Shown here: positions 52,166-64,000 of the stretch, one piece after another
How the letters are laid out: the number at the start of each line of letters is the position of its first letter
Position numbering within the stretch: position 1 is the first letter of the stretch
Origin: Callorhinchus milii
Taxonomy: Eukaryota
DNA length: 64,000 bases
Assembly: GCF_018977255.1 (NCBI RefSeq)
Contig: NW_024704743.1
Location: 17,424,001 to 17,488,000, forward strand
Direction of reading: 5' to 3'
The notes under the pieces: model-generated
Told to the model about the DNA's origin: nothing
The model's input: only the letters and a program-made list of their open reading frames with translations
Database searches by the model: none
Program-made: the position numbers and the translations under genes

Positions 52166-52429
52166 TAACAAATAGTTACTACACTTTACAATGAATCCTG
52201 TGAAGCACCTTGAGACATTTCGACCATGTGATCAGATGCTATATCAAATAGAAGGATTATTATTACAGATTACATTATATTGATGTATGTAAGAACAGAT
52301 GGCTGTGAATCGAGTGCGATCTTTAAGACTCCCTACGAATCAACTTAACACTTGTGGGGAGATATTACACTTGGGTCGAGACTTGCTCTATTAATGTAGC
52401 ATTTTAGAATACAAGAATACAAGACTCAG

Positions 52430-52720
52430 TTTCCTTCAGCATCTGCCTTCAGCATAGTGGGAGGACCTTTACAGAACAGCTTGTGATGTGCCAGCCACCT
52501 TGATGTTCTCGAGGTCCAAGTCCAATGCTGTGTATCAGTCTGTCACAGCACCAGCTGCTCAATCCAGGTCTTCATGTGACGGGCCTTAGCAATGGATGTA
52601 CCAGCTATGAAGCCGACTCTGCCAGCAGGTCAGTGTAGGCAGGAGCCCGCCCGCCGTGCCGCTGATTCCTGTGTTTGCCTCAGATCCACCGTCACTGCTT
52701 GATCCTGGACTTTGCAAATG
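52430..52720 (-). mobile_element. Possible RTE-clade LINE 3' remnant
   Basis: The reverse complement contains aggcccgtcacatgaagacctggattgagcagctg (RP..KTWIEQL), resembling the RTE C-terminal GRP..TW motif. Confidence 0.35.
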
Positions 52721-53209
52721 GACCAGAGGAAGTACAAAGATATTCCATATGCTTCACTGGATTTACTGTAAAGTGTAGTAACTGTGTATTTAGTTTGGCA
52801 AGAGACAAGGCTTGGGCCCCCCAGAGAATGTGCTGGTGTACTGCTGGAGTTTAACCAACTAAAATCCCATAGCTTTGGGAGTGTAATCTAGTAAACATAA
52901 ACATAGAATATCATGTCAAAAAAGAGTAGAGAATTTTCACATGGTTAGACCAACAGTCCTCCAGATTAATTGGCCATTCATCTTATGGCTATGTGTTAGA
53001 TCTTGTGGTACAAATGTCTGCTACATTTGCCTACAAGAACGGTGGGAACAATTGACAGTTATTATTTGCAAAGCACATTGAAACATTTCACCGTGATAAA
53101 GTACAACGGAAATCCAAGTTTGCTCTTTCTTTCTTCCTGCCTGCTTATGTGAATTATTCAAAATCCTAATACAAGAAAAGGCTGAAGTGTAACCACCAGG
53201 AACCAATTA

Positions 53210-53310
53210 CAGTGGAAGCAGGTTAAGATGGACACATTGGGGCCGGGCATTTTGTCCGATTTACCTGGTGTCCGGGGTTAACTGGCATCCGGCTAAAGAG
53301 GCTTCCATAG
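53210..53310. mobile_element. MITE of Tc1/mariner (Tigger/pogo-like) type, 101 bp
   Basis: TA|CAGTGGAAGC...GCTTCCATAG|TA: imperfect TIRs (8/10) flanked by TA. Confidence 0.6.
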
Positions 53311-55140
53311 TATATTGTGCCTCTGACAGTCTACTCAGTGGTGTCAACCCTTTACCTAGAGATTCAGTAACGCTAGCCTCCAGAAAACAATTTGAAGAGA
53401 ATATCTTCAACTCTTCGACTACTCTGCCAGTTCAGGTGGATATTAATGATCTCATGTCACTACAGTACTTGAAAAGAGAAGGGAGTTTCTCCTGGTAGCC
53501 TGGTCAATAATTTGCAGGTGAGAACGGTTTATTCACTTCCCAGCTGGTTGTGGGACATTGTGGGCGCAAATTGGTTCACCTACAAAATATATAATCATTA
53601 CACTTTACAGTATGCTTGTGAAGCGTTTTGAGACATCCTCCTGAAATGAAAGGTGCTATTATCAAATGCTATGATTATCTGGTATTTACTGTACCATCTA
53701 ATTTATTGCCATAAAGTGTAACCAAGGCTTCCACCACCAACGAGAATGTATAAACTATGAATGGGAGTTTTTTTAAAAACAGTTTCCAAATGCAGGCAGC
53801 AGTCACAACTTCCTCCTGTTCTTTAGATGAACAATAAAATAACATCTTAAGGTCTAACTTGATGCTAGAGCTGCTCTTTTCTTATTTCTTGGTTCACATG
53901 TGATCTATTGCTCAATTTAATATGCAAGGTATGTAATCTCTGACGCTCCCAATGGGCTCTGCTTCCAACATAAACCTTTATTTGAGCTTTTCTGAAATTT
54001 CCATTTATTTGTGGAAATTGGAGAAGAGTTTCATTATCTTAACAAAATCACTGAATGTGTGAGATTTACTGGGCGTTTGCTTTCAACACCGTTGCAATGG
54101 CTTCTGCAGTCTGAGTTAAATTAAATTCTCCTTCAAATGTGCCTATAAAAATAAGTTTTGTTGTAGTGTAGTGTAGTCATGTGTGTCCTATCTGTTTTGC
54201 CAAACTTTAACGCATCTTCAAGACTCTCCTATGTTTTCCTTCTCCCTATTCAACCGTGCATCTAATTCTGCATTCCTCTGTATTTTCCTGTCAAGTCCTT
54301 TGCAGAACTCTCTGAATACCATAAAGGATTTTTGTTAAATCCTCTCAAGTCTATTTCCAACCTGTACATTGCTGCCTGATTTGTCACAAGATTGTATTTT
54401 GATTTTGACTGCCTCTTGTATTCTAAATTGTTTCTGCCTTGTGAGATCTCCAAAATCTATACTTTTTGTTATAATTTAGATTGTAGATTGTACATTTCAG
54501 GCCATCAAAAGGAATGTTCATTTCCTCACAATGGTTTGATCTTTGATTAGCTTAAAAATTATGGGGATTTATTTTTTATTCATTTCACATTTAATATGGC
54601 ACAAAAGTCTAGGAAGGAAAAATTCATTATTCAGGTCCCTCACCTGATGTCTATCCAGTAACGCTGTGATGTCTGCATATGTGGGTGCCGATTAAGGACA
54701 AGATCATCCTTATCGGTGATGTGTTGTGTAATTATCTAGTCTGTTGACTCTTTATTATCTGAGCCTTATTTGAAGAAAAACCTCTTGGTTGATGTACTGG
54801 ATTGTGGCCGGTGTCTATGAAATCAAACCCTTCCTAACATCAGAAGTGAGGAGAGGAAAACTATAAAAATGTCTACAACAAACTGTTCTGGTGTACCTGC
54901 CTGTTCAAAATTGTGAAATCCACAAAAAATAATAATCATAATAAACCTTTCATTTGATATAGTGCTTTTCGCATCAGGAAGACATCTACAAGTAATAATA
55001 TTAATGATAACAACGTATTTCACAGAATATACCGTAAAGTGTAGTGATTGTGCATTTTGTTGGCAAACATTTGCCACCAATTTGCCCACAGGAATATCCC
55101 ACAAATAGCCATGATGTGAGTGGCCAATTTTATTTGGAGG

Positions 55141-55590
55141 AACAACAACAACAACAACAACAACAAGATTCCATTTATTGAGCGCCTTTCACGTCGGGAG
55201 GACGTCCCAAGGCGCTGTACAGTTGGGTCATGACCCGAGCAGGGGGGAAATGGTCAGGGTGAGGGGAGGGAAGGGAGGGAGCGAGGAGAGGGTAGAGAGT
55301 CGAGAGGGGAGCTGAAGGCACGGTCAAAGAGAAAGGTCTTGAGACCGGCCTTGAAGGAGGAAAGGGAGGAGGCGGCGAAGGCACTGGGGGATAGAGTTCC
55401 AGAGTCTAGGGGCTAAGAGGCTGAAGGCCCGGCCACCGATGGTAGGGCGGTTGGGGCGGGGGATGTGGAGCAGACCGGAGCCAGAGGAACGGAGGGTACG
55501 GGCAGGTAGGTAGGGGGATAGTAGGTCGGAGAGGTAGGAGGGAGCGAGGCCGTGAATGGCCTTGTAGGTGAGGGTGAGGATCTTGATTTC
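55141..55590 (-). mobile_element. Young L2 3' fragment inserted into a Deu-SINE, with TSD GAGG
   Basis: KILTLTYKAIHGLAPSYLSDLLSPYLPARTLRSSGSGLLHIP..GGRAFSLLAPRLWNSIP; CpG-rich. gagg occurs at 55137-55140 and 55591-55594. Confidence 0.92.
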
Positions 55591-55842
55591 GAGGATTGTT
55601 GGCCAGGGCACTGGAAGAAACTCCCTACTCTTTTCAAATAATATTTCCTGTCCCTGCTCTTGTGAAAAGAACAATGTTTGTGGTGCAGGAGGTGTGGTAA
55701 TGGACTCAATGGAGAAGGGAGGAAATACCAGTGATAATATTATATGCTATGTTTTGCCCTGAATATTTTTTTCTCTTTTAGTCATTTTGACTTCTTTGTT
55801 GCATTTGTTTTTCTTTTGTTTCTTGCAATTTGATTTATAGTG

Positions 55843-55941
55843 TTTCGCCCACAAAATTCGCTTTATAGTGTGTTGTGTGATGAGCTTTGAGATGTCTCGA
55901 AGACGCGATGAGGCGCTATATCAAATGCAAGGATTATTATT
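55843..55941 (+). mobile_element. SINE tail ending about 40 nt upstream of the RUNDC3B acceptor
   Basis: tttcgcccacaaaa..tttgagatgtctcgaagacgcgatgaggcgctatatcaaatgcaaggattattatt. Confidence 0.85.
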
Positions 55942-55944
55942 TGA

Positions 55945-56115
<171 letters not shown>

Positions 56116-56624
56116 TAATACTCCCCACTGTGCAGCTTTAGTTGTAGGTTTATTGGACTATGTGACTTCAGAGAATCAAAATGTGATTATGCATATTGCT
56201 TGGTGTTAGGACGAATTGAAAATTTATGTTTAACATGATTTTCAAAGAACAATCTTCCTCTGAAAGATAGCAGGTATCTTTGTAGAAAAAATGTGAGGGA
56301 TTTATACAAGATCTTTATTGGACTAAGTAAGATTATAAGGAAAGGATGGGAAAGTAATAGAAAAAATTTGTGGTGCAAATCCACTAGGATTTTTCCAGGG
56401 TTGAAGGGTTTCCATGTCGAAGAAAGACTATGGAACTGTGAGACTATAAACTATATGTGTATCAGCCTGGTTCAATTGGCAGCAATCTCAGAAGGTTGTC
56501 TATTCATTCAAAGACTATGTCAGGACTTGGAACTTGTATTGTCTGGGCTGATACTTGCAGTTCAGTGAGTGCTAGGGATGTGCTATGCTGTCAAAGGTGC
56601 TATCTTTTGTACGAAGTGTTAAAG

Positions 56625-58475
56625 GCCCAAAACAACTCCCAAATCCTTTTCTCCACCACCCATCACCTCCTCCATGCACCCCATTAAGCACCCTCAATCC
56701 TCAGATCAAGTTCCAAGTATGAAGAGGTCTTGGATTTCTTTATCTCCAAGATAGATGACATCCGACTGGCCGCATCTTCCTCCTGCCCCATGTCCCCTTC
56801 CACCGCCCAACATTCCTTCTCCATCACCCACTCCTCCCGTAGCTCCTACCATGAGCCCAAACCTACACTACTTTGCCCCCATCTTTCCTTCCTCCCTCTA
56901 TCACCAGGATGAAACCCACCACTTGCTACCTCGACCCCTTCCTCACCCAGCTGCTGGTCACCAAGCTACCCCTCCTCTGCCCACTGCTGTCAGACATGAT
57001 AAATTAGTCCCTCTCCCATTCAAAACAGCTGGCATCACTCCCCTCATTAAAAAAAAACCACTCTCGATCTCTTCAACCTCACAAACTGCCATCCCATTTC
57101 AAACCTGCCTTTTCTGGCCAAAGCCCTGGAACGCGCTGTCGCAAATCAACTTCGTTCACACCTCTCCCTCCACTTCTTACTCGACCCCCTCAAGTCTGGT
57201 TTCCGCCCTGCCCAGACCACAGAGACAGCACTCATCAAAGTAACAAATGACGTCCTCTCTCTGTGTGTCCAGGGCTCCCTCTGCCTCCTTGTCCTCCTGG
57301 ACCTCTCCACTGCAGTTGACTCAGTCAACCATACCATCCTCCTCCACTGCCTCTCCTCCCTCTCCTCCTTAGTGGGACTGCTCTCACATGGTTTTAGACC
57401 TACTTAATTAACTGCCAGAACTTCATCTTGGCAAATGGTTTCTCCTCTTGACCCCGGGCCGGTCACCTGCGGGGTACCCCAGGGCTCCATCCTTGGTCCC
57501 CTTCTTTTCCTCATCTGTGTGCTCCTTCTTGGTGATGTCATCTGCAGACCTGGGGTAAACTTCCACATGTACGTGGATGACTACCTAAATCTACTTCTCC
57601 TCCAGCTGTGATATGCATCAAGGCCTGAATGAGTGCAAATTTCCTGCTGCTGAATGACGGCAAGTTGGAAGCCATACTCTTTGGCTCCCGTCTATGTCTT
57701 CTCTCCTCCAGGCTTGAACTCCTCAATCTCCCCAGGTTCTCTCTCATACTTTCCAAACCTGTGTGCAACTTAGGCGTCAGGTTTGATACCCAGTTTTCCT
57801 TTCTACTACACATCCTTGGCCTGACCAGGACCGCTTTTTTCCCATTTCCGGCACATTGCCCGCCTCCGTCCATACCTCACAACCGACGCTGCTGAAACCC
57901 TCGTCCACATACATCTAAGTCGCTTCCGGCTGCACTATTCTAATGCCCTCCTCACTGGTCTCCCCAGTTCCACCATACACAAAATCCAAATTAATTAAAA
58001 ACTCCGCCGCACGGATGCTCAGCAGCACAAAACGCCGTACCCCATCACACCAGTCCTTGCCAAACTTCACTGGCTCCCAATGATCAAAAGGATGGATTTC
58101 AAGATCCTCTCACTCGTTTTAAAATCATTTCATTCCCTTGCACCTATTCAACCTGCTTACCCCCCCTTCCACCACATGCTGCCTCCACTTGGCTGGCTCC
58201 GGCCTCCTATTTGTCCCTGTGCCCTCTGCTTCACCACCAGTGACCGTGCCTTCAGCCACTATGCCCCAAAACTCTGGAACATTCTCCCTCAATCCTCTGC
58301 CTCGCCCTCTCACTCCCCATTTTCAAATCCCACCTGAAGACCTTCCTTTTTGATCATGCTTATGGTCACCTCCTCCCTCCCTCTCCCCTCGCTCGCTGTC
58401 AGACTTCCCCACTGTGAAGTGCTCCTGGATGCTACGCTCTGTGAAGGGCACTATACAAATGCAAGTTGTTGTTAT
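56625..58475 (+). mobile_element. L2 LINE, 5'-truncated (about 1.85 kb), decayed RT
   Basis: DFFISKIDDIR, PFKTAGITPLIKK, ANFLLLNDGKLEAILFG..NLGVRFD and RAFSHYAPKLWN; tail atacaaatgcaagttgttgtt. Confidence 0.95.
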
Positions 58476-58484
58476 AGTTAAGGC

Positions 58485-58735
58485 CCCATCCATCTGTTCA
58501 GGTGTGCATTAAATATCCCATGAAACATTTGGAAAGAGATGAGAGTTTCTTTCGGTGCTCTGGCTAACAATCACCAAAATAAAATTGGTCATTCACTTCA
58601 TGGTTGTTTGTGGGACACTGTTGTGTGGAAACTGGTTGTTGCGTTCGTCCACAAAATACGCAGTCACACCACTTTATAGTAACTCCTGTAAAATAGCTTT
58701 CAGACATCCACCTGGCACTATACCAAAACAAAGTG
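58485..58735 (+). mobile_element. Deu-domain SINE, 3' part
   Basis: ctgttcaggtg..taaatatcccatg..gagagtttct..tggctaacaat..attggtcattcac..tgtgggacac. Confidence 0.7.
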
Positions 58736-59139
58736 TACCAAATATAAGTATTATGCAGTTTTAGCTGGTTAATCTCCAGCAGTACTCCAACGCACTCTCT
58801 GGGGTTCCCAAATCTTTAGCTCAACCTGTGCCTAATACTCTCTAGAATTAGGTAGGTCGTATATGTCCCTCTCGGGAGAGAGTGTTCATTCCAAACATGG
58901 AAATTTCCATTTGTAGTTTGGCATGCATAAGTGGACCTCTTATCTGATTTGGATTCTCTTAAGCATGGTGATAGGTTTCTGCATCTATCAGACACCTGGC
59001 TGACCAAAAAAAAATAACCTGAAAGAACTAAACCTTTCAAATCTGCAGAAGAGTAATGAAAGTAATTAAAATCCTTGCATTTGATATAGCGTCTTATCAC
59101 TTTGCTGAAGCATCTCAAAGGATTTACTGTAATGTATGG

Positions 59140-59595
59140 TAACAACAACAACAAAATTACATTTGTAAAAGCACCTTTCATGTTGGGAGGACGTCCCAAG
59201 GCGCTGAATAGTCAGAGACCAGGACCCGAGCGTGGGATGAGAGGGTTGGGATGAGGGAGGGCCGAGGGGGTAGGAGAGCGGCTGAAGGCAAGGTCAAAAA
59301 GGAGGGTCTTGAGTCGTGCCTTGAAGGAGGTAAGAGAGGGAGCACGGTGAAGCGATTGTGGGGTGCAGTTCCAAAGGATGGGGGCAGAAAGGCTGAAGGC
59401 CCGACTGCCGCTGGTAGGGTGGTTCGGGCTGGAGGCCTGGAACAGGCCAGAGCCTACTGAGCGAAGGGTGTGGACAAGTTGATGGGGGTCAGCAGGTCAG
59501 AGATGTAGGAGGGGACAAGGCCATGGAGGGCCTTGAAAGTGAGGACGAGGATTTTGAATTCTATCCTCTGAGGGTTGGGGAGCCGTGGAGCCAAG
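59140..59595 (-). mobile_element. L2 LINE 3' fragment
   Basis: PQRIEFKILVLTFKALHGLVPSYISDLLTP; (aac)n tail. Confidence 0.9.
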
Positions 59596-59957
59596 TAAAC
59601 AATTAACTGTTTATTTGTCGACAGACATGGCAGCTGATGCACAATTGATGCACAGCAATGTCCCACGCACAGCCATGAAGTGAATGCCCAATTGTTGATC
59701 GTGAATGCTACTGGATGTTCAACGTACACTTGAACAGGAGGCGGGATCATTGTTTGACACCCCATCCAATGGATGGTCTCTCCGACTCCTCCAGCACTAC
59801 TTTGGTGCATCAGCCTAGACTGAGCTCAAAGCCTTAACATGTGGGACTTGAACCCATAACCTTCTGACTCAGAGACAAGAGTGCCACCAACTGAGCCAGG
59901 CTGACACTGACATGTCAAAATGGCTTCAGGCTTTGGAGAAATGTTTTGCTTCGCACA

Positions 59958-60319
59958 TCAGTGGTTAGAGCACTCGCCTCGCAAGTGAGAGACCTGGGTT
60001 GATTCCCGGTGGGGCGAAATGTTCAGCAAGTTTCTTTACTCCATGCCCTCCTGTTTATCTAGCGGTAAGTAGGAATCTGGTTGTTCGTCGATTGTCAGAT
60101 CGCTTTTGCGGGTGTAATAATCCCTTCAAAAAGATAATAATAATAAATTGATAACTTCAATCCACGACTGTTTGTGGGACACTGCTGTGTGTAATTGACT
60201 GCCACGTTTCGTCCACAAAATATACAGTCAATTCACTTTACAGTATATTCAGTGAAACGCTTTGAGACGTCTCGAAGACGTGATAAGACCTTTATCAAAT
60301 ACAAGGATTATTATTATTA
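59958..60319 (+). mobile_element. tRNA-Ala-derived SINE, near full length
   Basis: tcagtggttagagcactcgcctCGCaagtgag.., complete body, tail tttgagacgtctcgaagacgtgataag..aagg(att)n. Confidence 0.93.
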
Positions 60320-61816
60320 ACCAGGCACCATGAAATCCTGCTGTTGAGAAGTCAATCTGGGACATATCCATGATGAGCTGTGAAATCTATGATTATGGAT
60401 GAAACTGATGGATGAATTCATTTCTAACCCAGCCTTTGGGTGTTCGCACAACCTGGTGGTTTGCATAATTATACCACCCACCACGTCTGTATCAAATTAA
60501 CTTTCCTCGCTTCTATTTGTTATATGAAGTCTTAAACCCCTTAATTCCATCACATTCAGACTATGTTGGTGGAGTCCACTTCAGCCCTGTCGCCTGGTTA
60601 CTTTGCAGACAAGGTTGTTTGGGGCCAGATGCAGTTTAAACAAAATCCAGCTTCGGTTTGAGTGTGTATTATGTGGCGTCACACATAAATGTGAAAGAGC
60701 TGGGAATTGAATCCCTTGGATTATCCTATTGTTCCTAAGTATCTGTGGCTTGGGAAGCATGTGTCAGCACAAAGCTGTGATAAGATGATATTTTATGTTT
60801 TTGAGGTTGATGCCATATCACCTTCAGACAAGATGTACTGAGCTCAGAATATTTCTGTAGATTTTGGTTCAGTTGACTTAAATCATTTGTTAAACAATGG
60901 CCAGATTGAGAGTAATAAGAACAGTGATTAGAATGTTATCGCAGCTACAGCGGCTAAAATTATTGGGTTTTGGTACAATTACTGCCATTTGCATGTCCAT
61001 GGTGGTTCCAGGATAGTCACACAAACAGTAACATGGTTGTACAGCACTGCACTATTACATTAGAATCACTCCCAAGAATGAGTACAGACTTGTACTCTTG
61101 TTGGAGCCAATGTTTTATTCTGTTCCAAGTTTCTCCCGATAGTGAGACCAGTTTGACATAGAATTTGTAATGCGGTGACACTTGACTCATTCTGGCTTGT
61201 CTCCACAGAGACTCAGTAGGCATCCAAGTGCAGTGTTGGCTCCAGTTTGTCAGGAGGTGCTGACTCAAAGCCCTCAGATCTGACGGGCAATGTGACTTAA
61301 CACTTTTATCATGTACACTGAAGAACCCTTGTGTTAGTTTACTGGTATGAGTCTCAATTGTACATGTAACTAAATTTGAAGTCTGTCACAGTCAGGTTAC
61401 ACTCTTCACATATCCTGAACACTTTGATGTGCTCCGAAACATGATGCTTTACTGATCATGGGAGAGGCATGTATGTACTGACTCACGGGTATGCCTGCAG
61501 CAGTGTAGCTCCACACTGTGGAGGACACTGGAGTGGTGACTATTTCAGTCACAGCTTTGATATCTTGACATTTAGCTACAAAAGTACGTGCTCCTTTCCA
61601 GACATCTTTTGCCAAGCAAAGTCAGCAACAAAGCTTGTTCAGATAATAACCCTTAACATCCTGAACCTCTTTCTTGTTAGTTTATTCTCAACAACTCTGT
61701 GGGGCTGACAGCAGAGCCCACAGCAGAGTTCAGTTGCCACTAATACAGCAGGTTTTGGCAGGTGTTCAATTACATTGAGGACTTGATGTCTCAATTGTAC
61801 AGGTAACTAAATTGCC

Positions 61817-62655
61817 AGACATCAAGTCCTGGGTGAGAGCTAATTTTCTTCAGTTGAACGTCACAAGACAGAGGTTCTCCTGATTGACTCCCGTCAATGC
61901 CTCAATGCCATCCATGGATGCACACCTCACTTTGCTAAGCCAGTCTGGAACCTTGGTGTCTTGTTTGACCCTCAACTATCCTTTCTACCCCATATCCATG
62001 CCATGATCCGATCTGCCTTCCCCCACCTCTGCAAAGTCGCCCAGCTCCGCCACTGTCTCACACCGCAGGCCACCGAAACCCTCATTACATCGTGGCTTAA
62101 CTATGCAAACTCACTGCTTGTCGGCCTCCCCAACTCCTCCCTCCATAAGCTGCAGATCATCCAGAACTCTGCAGCCCATGTCCTCTCCCGTACCAGGCTC
62201 CGTGACCCTATCACCCCCATCCTTGCCTGATTCCACTGGCTTCCCATCACACAGAGGATACAGTTCAAGTTCCTGGTCCTCACTTTCAAAGCCCTCCATG
62301 GCCTTGCTCCCCCCTACCTCTGCGACCTCCTAACCCCCTACCATCCTGCTCGCTCCCTCCGCTCAGCCTGCTTCACGTCCCCTGCCTCCCTTGTCCCACT
62401 ATTGGCGGGCGGGCCTTCTGCCACTCTGCCCCCAACCCTTTGGAACTCCATCCTGCAGTGCCTCCGCCTCGCCCCCTCCCTTGCCTCCTTCAAGACCATC
62501 TCAAGATCCTCCTCTTAGAGCATGCTTTCGATCACCCTGCTTGCCCCCTCCCCGATCCTGACCCTCCAGCTCGGGTCCAAACTCTGACTGTCCAGTGTCT
62601 TGGGACAACCTTCCGACATGAAAGACGCCACACAAATCTAATTTTGTTGTTGTTG
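61817..62655 (+). mobile_element. L2 LINE, 5'-truncated
   Basis: DIKSWVRANFLQLN and FDPQLSFLPHI..NSLLVGLP..IQNSAAHVL; (ttg)n tail. Confidence 0.93.
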
Positions 62656-63559
62656 TATATTAATATTGATTTCTCCAGGTGCAGATTTTCTTTTGTTCTA
62701 GTTGGTGAGACTTAATATTTATGTCTAATGGGGTGATGTAATACAAGGCGAGCTAATAAATGGCCGGTTTCTGGGTCAAGAGAACATCACTAATATCACT
62801 TACTGTGCTTTGCATATGTGCACAGTTCATGCAGGAAGCACTGCTGACATAATTTCCTTCACAAAGTGACATCAACAGTGCTTCACGTATAGTGCGCAGG
62901 AGACCTTGCTCAAGACTCCACTCAGTCTCCGTAAATACTTTTGAGATTTTGTTCTATGCGAAAGAACAGTAAGCTCTCTAGTAAATGCAAGTTGTTGTGG
63001 AAAGGCATTATGTAAATACAATTTTTGGGGGGTAATGTCAAACATAGGTTTCAGCTGTCTTTTAACAAATACAATGGAATCGTGTTATAAAGTCCTTCAG
63101 TAGAATGCAGGTTCTCTTATTGGGATTTGGTCTCTGATATTTTCTTGCCTAAAATGCATGGACTGTTGCAGCTTTGTCAAATACGTGCTGAGAGAAAATG
63201 TTGTCCGGCCCGGGGATAACAAAATGGCAATCTTCTGAGTCATCAAGGTCGCTGTCGACATAATTTTCTGCATATGTGCAAGCCACAGGAAGTGATATTG
63301 GCGATGATACAACGCCTAGAAAGTCGGTCAAATGGCTTACCCTGCACCAGCCAGTGTTTCATCCAGAAACTCTGACCGCCAGTCACACCCTGTTCTGAGA
63401 TTTTATTAATCCGATTACTGTGTTATAACGGTCCTGCAGTATATGGTGTTCAGAAACCTCCTCTTTGACAAGTGGAATGAGACCCGATGTTGGAAGACCA
63501 AGGACCTCAGATTTTTGGATAACACTGCAACACATCTTTCATTAAATTGTTGTTGTGAG

Positions 63560-63875
63560 CTCACAATCCAGGCGACGCTCCAATGCAGTGCTGGAGGAAT
63601 GTTGAATTGTCAACCGGTGCCGAACCTAGGATGAGACAATAAACCTGAGGTCCCATCTACCTGTTCTGATGGACTTTAAAGATTCCACAAAGTGATCGAA
63701 AAGAGAAGGGAGTCTCTTCCAGTGAGCTGAGCAACAATGCTACAGCTTAATCATCTGTTCACATCATGGCTGTTTGCGGGACCTTGCTGTGTGTAAATTG
63801 CCTTCTGTAGTTACCTACAAATTACCTACCTTGACAGCAATTATCTGTGAAACACTTGGAGATGCTTTGACATTC
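63560..63875 (+). mobile_element. Deu-domain SINE, degenerate
   Basis: caatgcagtgctggagga..gatgagacaataaacctgaggtccc..taaagattcc..gagaagggagt..gggaccttgctgtgtgtaaattg. Confidence 0.65.
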
Positions 63876-64000
63876 TAAGAATTGCTTATTTTTACTATTT
63901 AAAATTAGTACTCCCAATTTGCCAGTAAAATAAGATCCCAAACTGCAGATTATGTAGATAATTTACAATCTGAATGTTCACTAGTGTCTTCAATCTTGCT

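Noticed and set aside
61017..61720. Minus-strand peptides such as GETWNRIKHWLQ
   Set aside because: Probably a heavily decayed LINE RT remnant, too degenerate to classify or delimit.
63097..63400. CpG-containing segment with an acidic peptide (YVDSDLDDSED) and a cagtgtttc motif
   Set aside because: It could be a DNA transposon remnant, but I found no partner TIR, TSD, splice sites or recognisable homology.

Overview
This is vertebrate genomic DNA, most likely from a cartilaginous fish. The repeat complement resembles chimaera/elephant shark, which is an inference from recalled repeat families. The only protein-coding feature I can support is one 116-nt internal exon on the + strand (55983-56098). 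It encodes [38 protein letters not shown], the second coding exon of RUNDC3B. I found neither exon 1 nor exon 3, so most of the window is probably RUNDC3B intron. The rest is dense with decayed retroelements: 5'-truncated L2-clade LINEs with (TTG)n tails, CR1-clade fragments, a tRNA-Ala-derived SINE with an L2-like stem-loop tail, older Deu-domain SINEs, two LTR remnants and a MITE. Nearly all ORFs in the supplied track are LINE debris or noise. A 25-N gap separates what look like two haplotypes of one locus laid in tandem, which exposes a probable structural variant (460 bp vs 3466 bp). I found no evidence for a novel multi-gene system. The best leads are that structural variant, an unclassified old poly(A)-ended repeat, template-switch scars at retroelement junctions and a candidate internal promoter/exon. 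Repeat boundaries are approximate (about ±20-50 bp) unless stated, and all family assignments are by eye.
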